Origin: Entomortierella parvispora E1425 | Taxonomy: Eukaryota > Fungi > Mortierellomycota | Assembly: GCA_020891255.1 (NCBI GenBank) | Contig: BQFW01000003.1 | Span: 1,302,001 to 1,366,000, forward strand | Length of the DNA: 64,000 nt | Direction of reading: 5' to 3' | Notes under the pieces: model-generated | Told to the model about the DNA's origin: nothing | Databases searched by the model: none | The model's input: the letters and a program-made list of their open reading frames with translations, nothing else | Position numbers and translations under genes: made by a program | In this document: positions 1 through 10,827 of the stretch, one piece after another | Layout: every line of letters starts with the position of its first letter | Position numbering within the stretch: position 1 is the stretch's first letter

Positions 1-614
1 TGTCCAGGGCGGGTGGACATGCAGAGAGTCGGTTTCAGTCATCGGCAACCGGAAAAGTGGGACCATTCATCTGCTGCTCGTCTTGACTCATTTCTCTTCT
101 CTCTCCTTCCTCTTCCTCTTCTTTACCCTTTCGTTCCTCCTTCACATAATACACATCACTCATGGCTCACCTCGCCCGATCGGCGCCATTGCGCCACTTG
201 TCGCGTGCAGGTACTTTTCAATCTCTCAATGCCATCTGTTGAACGAGAGCCGAGATCTACTTCGGGAATCTAACAATTTTTCACCTCGGACTTGTTCTTC
301 CTTCCCTTCTTCGGGCCCCTCCTTTAGCACAACTCACCCATAACAGCTCGTAAGTACCATCCCTTGACATCGTTCATCCATAGCATTTGGATATCCCCCC
401 ATTGGACACACTTCTTTATTCACGGAGTTTTTGTTCCCCTTGGAAAAAAAAATATAATTATTATCCATAAAATAGATCATGGTCGCGCGTTGCTTCCAAC
501 GCTACCCGCGCGTATTCAACCGCCGGAGCTGCTAAATCCAAGGGCTCATCTACCTCTGTCAAGGCTTTCACGGCATTGAGCGCCATTGCCGCCGGAGCTG
601 CCTTCTGGAGCCAA

Positions 615-1873
615 ATGCCCGCTGTAAGCATCTCTTTCTTCTTATCTTTGGTACCTGATCTGCGATCGTTCCAGTTGCTTCAGATGACTGACGTTTCTTC
701 TTTTTTTTTTTTTTGCAATAGACCAAGGATGTGGAATGTGAGGCTCCCAAGAAGCAGGAGCAAAAGAAGCCTAGCAAGACTGCGGAGGCTGACAAGAAGC
801 GTGTATGTCACTTTTTCTCGGAGAGCTTATCCAGTTTTCCGGATCCTAGAAACTCACCCACTAAAACTAAACCGTCTCATTCCCACTTTTGATTCTTTTA
901 GAAATTGGAGGGATTGACCAAGGATTCACCTATGCGCCTGCGTATGGAGGCCTTTAACAAGAAGCTCCAGGCCGAGATCACGGCCGCGATCGAGAAGGTG
1001 GATGGTGAGGCAAAGTTCAAGGTCGATCGATGGAACAGAGTCGAGGGAGGCGATGGTATCTCGATGGTCTTGCAGGATGGCAAGGTCTTTGAGAAGGCCG
1101 GTGTCGGTGTATCGGTCGTCTACGGCATGTTGCCCCCCGCCGCCGTTGCCCAGATGAGAGCTCAGCACCCCAACATTGCCGAGACCAAAGAGTCCACTCC
1201 CTTCTTTGCCACCGGTATCTCGTGTGTCATGCACCCCCATAACCCCAACGCACCCACGGTCCATTTCAACTACAGATACTTTGAATTGGGAAGCGAGGAC
1301 GGCGGCGAGCCCGTCTCTTGGTGGTTCGGTGGTGGATGTGATCTCACTCCCGTGATCCTCTACGAGGAAGATGCGGTGCATTTCCATCGGGTGATCAAGG
1401 AGGCCTGCGACAAGCACGATCCTCGGTACTACACAGATTTCAAGAAGTGGTGCGATGAATACTTTTATATTCCTCACCGTGGTGAACGCCGTGGCGTCGG
1501 TGGTATCTTCTTTGATGATCTCGATGACAAGTCCCCCGAGGAGTTGTTTGCCTTTGTCCAGACCTGCGGTAACGCCTTCACAAGCCAATATGTCCCTATT
1601 ATGGAGAGGAGAAAGGACATGCCCTTCACAGCAGAGGACAAGCACTGGCAACAGATTCGTCGTGGCCGTTATGTCGAGTTCAACTTGGTCTATGATCGAG
1701 GCACAAAGTTTGGTCTCTTGACCCCAGGTGCCCGTATCGAGAGTATCCTCATGACCATGCCCCTCACAGCCCGCTGGGAGTACATGCACGAGCCCGATCT
1801 CAAGGCCCATGGTCGCCTCATGGAGGTCCTCCGTGTCCCCAAGGACTGGGTCCCAACAACCCACAATGTTTAA
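615..1873 (+). CDS. HEM13: Oxygen-dependent coproporphyrinogen III oxidase; exons 615-623, 722-802, 902-1873
   Basis: ORF 905-1873 carries HemF/CPOX motifs ([56 protein letters not shown]). Two upstream exons (MPA; [11 protein letters not shown]...KKR) join in frame through gtaagc..tag and gtatgt..tag introns. Confidence 0.95.
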
Positions 1874-2343
1874 ACCCCCATTTGCAACCCCACCTCATTA
1901 GAATACCATTCCAAAAAAAAAAAATTGATAAATATTTCGTTAATTCATTTTTCTACACTTTTTCAGTTCTTTCCGCAAGGGGTCCAAGATCCCAATTCGT
2001 GAGAACCTTTCGAGGACATTGTTGAATGTCTATTGTTGTTTATTGAACACGAAAAACAAATGCAGTGTGTATATGATTGTTTTGATATTATTTTTTCCCC
2101 GACCATGAGAACCTGCCGTTCAGATTTTGGCATGTTCCACGTCTGCTAGAAGCCCCCCTTTTCCTCATCTGTTCCGATTTGCTGACGATGATTGCTGATG
2201 TCGCCCATAATTTCCAGGAGATATAAAAAAAGAGTGATGAATCCGATCCAGAACGAGGTTATTGGGGTCGAGCGTCGAAAAAAAAATAATGAATCATCCC
2301 ATCTTTCCCTCCTCTCCAAAAATGCTGTCTCCTTGAAGGCTAC

Positions 2344-3257
2344 TTATGCCTTGGTGGAAGTAGCATCAAAGATCTTGTCCTCTCCCTTGGAAGGAGCCAA
2401 CGACAATTCCCGGACCTTGGCCTCCAAATCCGCCAACTCCCACTTGTTTGAGCTCAAGACCTTGGGGATATGACGGGCCAAGGCCGTGCTCTTGAAGGTC
2501 TTTGTCGTCGTTGCCTTCTCCTTGTTCAGCTCGACCAATTCCGCAATCGATCCTGGCTTGGCCTTCTCCTGTCTCGCCAAAGCCTTGAACAACCACTGGT
2601 TCTTCAAATCACCGGGTCCATCAATCAACTCGATCACGGCCACAGGCGCATTGTCTCCGAAACGGTTGCCCAACTTGTGAATACGAGTATAACCTCCCTT
2701 ACGGTCCTTGAAACGCTCGGCCAAAGGTCCAAACAACTTTGGCAATGTCGTGGGGTGCTCCTACAACAATAAACAGACCGTTGGTTAAAAGAGCTCCGGG
2801 GAAGGCGGGGGGAGGGGAGGAAGAGAGTTATTATCCTGATCTGATCTGATCTGCAACTAAAAGAACATACTCTGAGGTAAGATGCAGCTTGGGTCTTGGC
2901 GTGCAAGTCTCCACGCTTTCCGAGGGTGATCATCTAGAAGGATCAAATTAAAAAGGAATCCGAGTTTAGTCTTTCCGGGCTCAAGCTTTGCTTTGCTTCA
3001 ACACAAAGGGATAGGGACAGTATCGGGAGGGTGCTCTGTCGGTTTATCTGTCCAGGACAATGTTAGGGGTAAAGTGAGTGGAATGGGGGTGTGGATCGTC
3101 CATGTACCTGATCGGCAATGGCCTTCAACTCCTGAGCCTTGGGCAAGGTAGTCTTGATGCGATCATGCTGAATCAGTTGCGTGACCAAGTTGCGGAGCAT
3201 CGACTTGCGATGGGACATTGTCCTGTTCAAGCGACGAAAGTGTTTGCCGTGGTGCAT
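2344..3257 (-). CDS. MRPL17: Mitochondrial ribosomal protein bL17m (yeast MRPL8 ortholog); exons 3257-3108, 2933-2871, 2760-2344; about 209 aa
   Basis: L17 signature [49 protein letters not shown]-like segment, and [38 protein letters not shown]. Canonical introns keep the frame. Confidence 0.93.
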
Positions 3258-3462
3258 GTTGTATATATATGAGGGGAAGAAGAAGGATGTGTAATGAGGA
3301 GAGGAGATGAATAGAGAGAGAGAAGGCTACACCACACAGTCAAAGATGGAATGGATGGAGAATGTCTTTCGTCGAGTCGAGAGAATGAAGAGGGACCAGG
3401 CACGGATTGAATGCGCATGTGCGACAATTGTGGCGGTCACAGCTGTTTACAAAGTATAACAG

Positions 3463-3470
3463 TCACGTGA
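3463..3470. promoter_or_regulatory. Palindromic E-box TCACGTGA (Cbf1/bHLH-type) about 205 bp upstream of the MRPL17 start
   Basis: Sequence agtcacgtga lies in the 260-bp gap between CNS1 and MRPL17. Function is inferred from the motif only. Confidence 0.35.
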
Positions 3471-3517
3471 TGTCAACTTGATTCTTTGATTGATGTTTAT
3501 TTGGCCTTGACCCTCGT

Positions 3518-4900
3518 TTACTTGCCGTACTTGGCCAGCCAGTCCTTCTTCCATTGGCTATCGGCCTTGGGCACAACAATAAACCTGGCAATGCCATCCC
3601 GGAGAACGTGTTTAGAATGAGCCAGTACGGTCAAGAACTTGACGTTCTGGCCTACCTTCATCAATCCAATGTTGCCGCCATTGTCCTCGGTCTCAAAGTA
3701 CACCTGGACAGTCTCGGGTCTGTATGTATGTTCTGGGTCCCAGGGGGCGGGTTCAAAAAAGATCTCTGCCACCTGATCGCCGATCGCATCCTGTTCATTG
3801 AACGCCTGGATCAGATCCGACTCGTTGTGTTCAGGGTACAAGAAGAACGTTGGCACCGTAATTTGATCCAAGTCCTCCAATAATTGAATTTCATGAGGGT
3901 GATCTGGCTTGAAACCAGGGGTGGCCGCCGTCCGGATCTTGCGCTTCTCCAATGCACTCTCAATCTTCATCTTCTTTTCCCGAATCTTTTGTTCCCGCAG
4001 TTCCTTGGCCTTTCTGACGGCTTCCCGATGTTCAAATTCCTTCTTGATCTTGGCCTGTTCATCCTTGACGGCTTGATTGTCGGGGTCCAGGTTCAGGGCG
4101 TGCTCACAGCAGTCAATGGCCTCTGGGAACATCTCCAATGCGAAAAGAGCCTTGGCGGATCGGAAAAGAGCCTTCACGTTCTGCGAGTTCAACTTCAAGG
4201 CTTGGGCGCAGTCTGTCAACACCTTGCGGTAGTTACCTACGATGGCGCAGTAAGAGAGAGTATGTCGTTAACGAATTAGGTGTTTCTTCCTCCATGCCTC
4301 CATGCCTCCATGTGTACGATCCTCGTAGTCTTTCCTTTCCAGCAGGGTTTTCCTCGTTGCCATTATGTGTTGCTGTTATTTTTGTTTTTGTTTTGTGCTT
4401 ACCAAAATGCAAATTGCATGCGGCGCGGTTCACATAAAGAGTCTCATTTAGCTTTTCATCCTTGCAAGCGACATCAATTCCGTTGGTATAAAAGACGAGT
4501 GCGTCCTTGTAAAACTTCTTTCCCTGCTTGAAGCATTCATTTCCTTGGTTCTTGAAGTTCTCGGCCACCTCTGATAAAATGAAATTATAAAAAAAAAATC
4601 ATGTGGGTCAAAAACAAGTACTTTTTGAAGAAATAAAAAGGCCTTCCTGGGTATAAAAAGCAAAAGGGATGGGTTACCTTCTGGAGTTCCGTCGTAGGCA
4701 AGGTCCTGGAGAGCCTGAATGAGGGGGTTCTCATGAGCGTCCTCTGGAAGAGAATTCATGAACAAGGGAACAGAGTCCATGGACTTGTGCAGCTCCTGCT
4801 CGTCTAAAGCCCACTCTGGGCGCTGAGGCTTTTCAGGTCCTGGCAAAGGAATTCCTGTCTTTGATCGTCTAATGCCGTCTTCTGGGATGGGGGTCGCCAT
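3518..4900 (-). CDS. CNS1: TPR co-chaperone of Hsp70/Hsp90 (Cns1/TTC4); exons 4900-4678, 4570-4403, 4236-3518; about 369 aa
   Basis: PLFMNSLPED..NP-IQALQDLAYDGTPEEVAENFKNQGNE-FK, TPR helices (LYVNRAACN, NVKALFRSAKAL), and the C-terminal PTFFLYPEHNESDLIQAF..PWD domain. Confidence 0.92.
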
Positions 4901-5176
4901 GGTGATTCTAATGTTCTATGGGTAATGAAGAGAGAGAGGAATGAGAGTCGTGTGCGTCCACTTTTTTTGTGTTCTTCAACGTTCCATGCCTCAGAAACGC
5001 AGTCACTCGCGGTCGGTGAGCACTTTGGGCTCAAAAATGGACCAAAAAAACAAAGCAGCAAGGATACAGTCATGGCCTAGACCTCCTGTTATCAATGCAT
5101 ATGCACAGATGGTTATGCAAAAGTGGGGGGTTGGTTTGTTTTTTTATTCTTTTTTTTCTTTTTTCTTTGCCTCCAA

Positions 5177-6741
5177 TTAGTGGATGGGTGACGGTGCAGC
5201 AAGTCTGCTGGTGGCGTGGGTCATCTCTGTTGGTGTAATGGGGCCGTTGGGAGGCGTTTGGTAACGACCTGGCCTGTCAGACATGTATGACCGGTCCAAA
5301 GTTGGCTCTTGCCCTTGTCTATGACGGTATTGGTGGGAATGCTGTTGCTGAGAGTGGGAAGAGACCTGGTGGTGAGGATCCTGCCGGTAATCGCGCCCTT
5401 GATCTTGTCGGTGCTCTTTCCGCTGGTCATGACGGGGCTCACTTGCATGAGAGTTGTTCCTGTAATCTTGTCTATGCTGAGCCTGTCGGTGGTGATGATG
5501 GTCATCTTGCCTGACTTCCCTACGAACAGTGTCCTGGTGCTGATGTTGAGATGGCTGCTTTTGTGATGGAGAGGGCCTCGAGGAAGATTCGTATCTTGGG
5601 TCGTGATGCTCAGCGTATCTTGAGCTTCCTCCTTGCTCTGCATCGCCATTGCTGTATTCTCTTTCATTGGAGGGTGGTGTTGGTGTTGGTGCGGACGGCA
5701 CTGCAGGCGAGGGTGTCTCGTCTTCTGGATCCCTGTTAGCTACCTCTTCGCACATCCAATGTTTCATCAATTGGTCGCCATATGTCTGAAGCTCTTCGAT
5801 CGAGATGGCCAATGCAAAGTTGTTCAAAGTCAAGAACTCCACCTCGAGTTGGTTCAGTTCTGATACTGGCAAGCCTCCAACCTGGCAGAGAAGAGATCAA
5901 GGACAAGCGAGACAACGTTAGTTTTTCCCTCTCTATTTTTCCATTCTGCAGTCCAACCACTCGGGGAAGGGGGGCGGGCCCCTGTGCAAGGGACTCGAGC
6001 ATTCGGTGTGGGTGAATTGACTCCATAGATAACAAAGAATAGTAACAGGGGGGAAAAACACCAGGGACGTGTGAACAAGAGGTTTTTCCTCAACAAGGGT
6101 TCCAAAACTTGAACCCGTTAGCTAATCACATCCAACGTTTTTGATATCCACGTCGATAAAAATCCTGAAGCATCCACAACAAACAACGCAAAGAGAGCCG
6201 TTACGAAAGAAACAGAAGGGCACAAGCGAGCAAAAAAAAAAAGATTGAAAGGGAGAGGGTGCAGGTTGTCGTCGGGTATGTAACTCTCTCTGTTTGTCTG
6301 TACCTTTGCATAGCGTGAGTTGGTGAAGAAGACGTCGGAAAAGTATTTTGCAGAGACCATGATGCCTGCAATGATCAAACGGTGGATATTGTAGCTGTCG
6401 ATCGAAAACTGCCTTCCTTCGCCTCCGGTGATCTCTTCCACATTGCGCGCCATCCTGTCAAAGTAAACTAGCAAGCTCAGGAAGCATTCGTTCGCGCAAG
6501 GGCAATATTTGAGGATACGAGTAAGGTAGGCATTGATGCTGATGGAGGGGATAGACCGAGCATGGAACCTTGTGAACGAAGTATGGATCTGATGTTGAGC
6601 GGGGGTCATGACCATGGGCGACTCTGGCTCTGGCAGGGATTGCTTGATCTTGTCATTGGCGGTGGTAATGCGCTCGAGCAAACTAGCCAGCATCTTCAGG
6701 GTCGAATTGACAGGGTGAATGGAGAGGTCGAGGGTATGCAT
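5177..6741 (-). CDS. PCL7: Pho85-type cyclin (Pho80 family, Pcl6/Pcl7-like) with Q/H-rich C-terminal tail; exons 6741-6304, 5881-5177
   Basis: FHARSIPSISINAYLTRILKYCP..FLSLLVYFDRM..IDSYNIHRLIIAGIMVSAKYFSDVFFTNSRYAK splices to VGGLPVSELNQLEVEFL across a 422-bp GT-AG intron. Confidence 0.88.
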
Positions 6742-7431
6742 GATGAAGTGATGACGGACTGCGACAGAAAAAGGGTAAAGCCTGGTTGATGGTATATCCT
6801 GGTCCCGGTTCTTGTCCTGGTCCTGGTTTGGGGCGGAAGGGTTCTTGAGTGAAAGAAGACTCGTTAATGACTTTGAAGAAGGTAATTACAAGAACGAAGA
6901 ACAGAAAGTAAGAAGAAAGAAAAAAAAAGAAGGAAAAAAAAAAGAAAAAAAGGATTTGCAAAGTTGATTGATTGATGGATGGTTGGCAGGTAAAGAGAGA
7001 CAAAGACTGATAGAAAGAGGAGAATTGAGAATTGAGAGAGCAGAGAGGAGAGAGAGAGAAAGGAGTGGCAGAAAGAGAAAAGGAAGAGAAGGCAAGGGAA
7101 AAGAAAAGAAGAATGGATGGATGGAGAATGGGATGATGAACAAAAGGAGAAAGGAGAAACAGAAAGAATCGCGCGGTGGAGAGTGGAGAGGAAAAGGGAA
7201 AAGTGGATACGATATGGGTGTGTGTGCTGAGTGGGTGGATGCAATTTGACCTGTTGTTTGTTGTTTGTGCAGAAGAGCTTTCCTTCTTGCCTTCAGAGGG
7301 ATTTTTATTTCCTTCTCCTCCCTGTCTGTCAAAAGGGGTGCAAGGGAACCCAACCCAACGTCGATCAGCTTGATCTGAGAAGGAGATTGAATCCTTTGCG
7401 CGCCTTTGTAACAAAAGATCCGGTACCCAAA

Positions 7432-7433
<2 letters not shown>

Positions 7434-7499
<66 letters not shown>
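7434..7499. repeat. (GT)33 microsatellite
   Basis: Uninterrupted GT run upstream of the cyclin gene. Confidence 0.97.
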
Positions 7500-7502
<3 letters not shown>

Positions 7503-8217
7503 TGGTGAGAGTGGTGTTTCTCTCTCTCCTTTGTCCTCTTTGTCCTCTCTCTTCCCCGGGAAAATGACCGAATTGCAGGTTGGGTGGGTAAACAGGCACA
7601 AGCCCACAACGAAGCTGCAACAGAGCCAAGTGAACAGAACCAATGAATGCCACCATCGAATGGGAGCATTGGATCAGTTCAATGGCACCTCCCATGGAGC
7701 GAGCACAAAGAACAAAGGGATCTTCCCACCAGCAAGGAGAGAAAGAGGGGAGCGGAAAGACCACTTGCGAAGCACACAGACATGACACCACGCACGTCGC
7801 TTTCAATTGCACCGACAAAGGGAGCGTGTGGATCGATGGCTCGGATTGATTGGTGTCCCATGCATGCGCAAGGTTGGACAACAAACCCAAGCGGACTCTG
7901 TCTGCCTCTGTGGCCGCACCTCTCTCTCTATTCTGCACGGCGTCACAACGGCACTGGTCCCTGCAAAGTGCTCTTTCATTTCACTGTCCCTGTCCGTCCA
8001 ACTCTCATGATTGTTGTTGACATGTTGGCAGTGCCCCTGTCCAGACCAAACAAACATGGACAAAGCACAGACACGCGCCCCCAAACTCTCTCCTTTCTGC
8101 GCACGCCACTTCCCTTTGTGCTGCTTGCAATCCAGAGAAAGAAAGACACAACGCGAACCATTGATTCTGCAGACAAAAAAAATCACAAAAGGCTTTTGCT
8201 CTAACCCTGCCGCTTCC

Positions 8218-8280
8218 CTCCTCCTCCTCCTCCTCCTCCTCCTCCTCCTCCTCCTCCTCCTCCTCCTCCTCCTCCTCCTC
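8218..8280. repeat. (CTC)21 microsatellite
   Basis: Uninterrupted CTC run just downstream of the PHO84 stop. Confidence 0.97.
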
Positions 8281-8445
8281 AACCACTTCGCCTTTCTTGC
8301 AGCAGGAACTTCAGGAGCGACGCGTTTTATGATATGTCTTGTAAACTACATTAGACATGTTGGCTCCTTGGAATACGCAGGACTCAATTAGATAAAAATA
8401 ACTGGCATGTCAGTCTCAACCCCCCCTTGTCGACCAACACGCCCA

Positions 8446-10089
8446 CTACGTCCTGGTCCTGCTATTCCCGCGCTGCTCAATCTGCTCCAGCGACATGCCC
8501 TTTGTTTCCAGGATGAGAAACGTAAACAGAAATCCAAGGGCCATGATGCCCGCAAAGATCCCCAGCAACTGTGGCAAGAATGCATGCTGACCTGGTGCTC
8601 CACCAATCTCGACCACCTTGTTGAACAGAAATGTCGCCAAGATGGCACCAAGTTTACCAGACGCCGCCGAAATTCCATGAGCCGTCGCACGAACGCGCGT
8701 CGGAAAGACCTCGCCTGGAACCACAAACGTGGTCGTGTTGGGTCCAAAGTTGAAAAAGAACTGGGCCAGGGTAAAGATGGCGACAAAGAGAGGGACAATC
8801 TTTTGAAGTTGATGAAAGGCGAGCGAGAGGATGAGGAACAGGATCGTCAACATGGCAAAGCCCATGAATTGGATACGTTTTCGACCCATCCTCTCGATCA
8901 AAAAGACTGTAAACCAGTAGCCAGGGACGAACCCCAAAAGGGAGACGATCAAGTTTCCAATTGTTGTCTTCCAGAGATCATCGTAAACAGTGCCGTTGCC
9001 CACAAAGCCCATTGCGTTGAGCACATAGGATTGGTTGAGGGAGATGCCATAGAATGCAATGTCGAGGAAGAACCATGTCACAGAAGTACCGATCAAGACC
9101 TTGGCATTGGACCAATGCGAAAAGTACTGCACAAAGTCGCGGTTATGACTTCTCTGGGCCCTGGATGCTTCAATGGCAGTCCGATTAGCCAGAACCTCGG
9201 CCGCACTGGCGCTATGGTCCCCCTCAACTGTCAGTCCGGTAGCCCTGGCCACTCCGAGGTTGGCCTTTTCGACATCGTGCTCGACATCCATTGCATAGCG
9301 TGGAGACTCGGGCATGGTCAACCTAAGATAGACGGTGGATGCTGCAGGGATACATCCTACACCAATGCAGATACGCCATACAATGTCCAAGTAATCGACA
9401 TCCGAAATAATGGCCGATTTGAAACAGGCAAGAACAATCATGGTGACGATAGATGCCATCATGTTGCCAATGCCCTGCATTGAAAAGATGATGGACATCA
9501 GCTGGCCACGGCGCCCGGCCGATGCCCACTCGGAGGTGACGGTTGCCGACATGGGATAATCTCCACCGATTCCGAATCCGAGAACAAAGCGCCAAAAGGT
9601 CAAATACTGGATCACAGACGAGCCCTTCGCGTCCGAACCACTCATTGCACAGCAGAGCGTTCCCAAGATGATGATCATCAGCTCCAGTCCATAAATCTTT
9701 TGACGGCCCACGGCGTCTCCAAGGTATCCAAAGACGAGTTGGCCGACCAGGGTTCCGAACGAGGCCATGCCCTTGAGTGCACCCTCTGTTCCTGCAGGCA
9801 TATGACCGCCTGACTCTTTGAAGTAAACGTAGCCGAGCATGGGTACCACTAAATTGATAATGAAGACGTCATATGCATCAGAGAAAAATCCTGTGCCTGC
9901 AGTGATAAGAGTCCGAATCCTGAACCAGTTCCACGACTGCTCTTCTTCTAAAGCAGCAAGGGCGACTTTGGGTTGATCGACGATGGGCGGTGGCAATGGC
10001 GCATCCTCTATAGAATTTGATGAAGGCGGGGTGAGGGTTCGATTGGGACTGGTATAGTCATTGATTTTGCTATCGAATAAAGAGGACAT
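8446..10089 (-). CDS. PHO84: High-affinity phosphate:H+ symporter (MFS, PHS family), single exon, 547 aa
   Basis: TAGTGFFSDAYDVF, GQLVFGYLGDAVGRQKIYGLEL, RFVLGFGIGGDYPMSA, WFFLDIAFYG, FFFNFGPNTTTFVVPGEVFPTRVRATAHGISAASGK; many transmembrane segments. Confidence 0.95.
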   Translation of the reverse strand: MSSLFDSKINDYTSPNRTLTPPSSNSIEDAPLPPPIVDQPKVALAALEEEQSWNWFRIRTLITAGTGFFSDAYDVFIINLVVPMLGYVYFKESGGHMPAGTEGALKGMASFGTLVGQLVFGYLGDAVGRQKIYGLELMIIILGTLCCAMSGSDAKGSSVIQYLTFWRFVLGFGIGGDYPMSATVTSEWASAGRRGQLMSIIFSMQGIGNMMASIVTMIVLACFKSAIISDVDYLDIVWRICIGVGCIPAASTVYLRLTMPESPRYAMDVEHDVEKANLGVARATGLTVEGDHSASAAEVLANRTAIEASRAQRSHNRDFVQYFSHWSNAKVLIGTSVTWFFLDIAFYGISLNQSYVLNAMGFVGNGTVYDDLWKTTIGNLIVSLLGFVPGYWFTVFLIERMGRKRIQFMGFAMLTILFLILSLAFHQLQKIVPLFVAIFTLAQFFFNFGPNTTTFVVPGEVFPTRVRATAHGISAASGKLGAILATFLFNKVVEIGGAPGQHAFLPQLLGIFAGIMALGFLFTFLILETKGMSLEQIEQRGNSRTRT

Positions 10090-10218
10090 GGAACGCGGAG
10101 AGAAAGATGATATGACGGTGAGAGGGTATGAGAGGCGGGGGCACTCTGTGGGCAGATCAGAGAAAATAGAATAGAGGATCAGGATCAGGAGCAGGAGCAG
10201 GATCAGGATTGCCCCGCC

Positions 10219-10251
10219 TTTATAAATGATCTGACAGCACGGGCACACGTT
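10219..10251 (-). promoter_or_regulatory. Putative PHO84 core promoter: TATAAA (10224-10219) with a CACGTT E-box (10246-10251)
   Basis: TATAAA lies about 130 bp upstream of the ATG on the minus strand. CACGTT is the known low-affinity Pho4-type site in yeast. Function here is inferred. Confidence 0.4.
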
Positions 10252-10827
10252 GTTCTCGTGGCGACTGAGTTGGGTGGTCCCATGGTTGAGAACTGGACCG
10301 GGATGGACCGCGTTGCCTATCTCCCAGCCAACAGAGTTCCATCCCGCTGCCTCCTTTGTCCAGACGATCCCTGGGTAAACTCGACATCCACCGACAGAGT
10401 AGAGTCAGGAGGCGGAGACGAGATGAGGTCTGGCCGCCCTGGAGCAAGAAGAGGTGAAGCGAGCAAGGGACTTCCGAGAGGGAGAGCCCTGGGCGAAACA
10501 GACAGGAGACAAGCGCGTCCTGGCGCGTTGTTTATTCACACTTGTTTGTGTGGGTGTGCGGTGTGCCATCGCGCCCTTTCTCACACTCACACTCACACTC
10601 ACTCACCCCCATCACCCCCACCGCACACAGTACATGTACTCACACACTCGCACACCTCCTTCGCTCTGTCCCCTCGAACGGGCGCGTGGGGAGACAGGCT
10701 CAAATGGAATGGACCGTGTGAACATGGCTTGCTTGCCATTATGCCATTATGTCCTCTCTTCATTCTTCATTCATCACTCCTTCAGACTCGTTCTTCTTCA
10801 TTTCTTTCAATCTCGCATTCCTGCGCC

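Noticed and set aside
926-1864. 312-aa antisense ORF over HEM13, and 8407-9483 over PHO84
   Set aside because: Same codon-bias artefact opposite clearly conserved genes.
6683-8391. Long ORFs with (HT)n, (VC)n, poly-R/E/L tracts
   Set aside because: They are translations of GT and CTC microsatellites and of pyrimidine-rich leader sequence.
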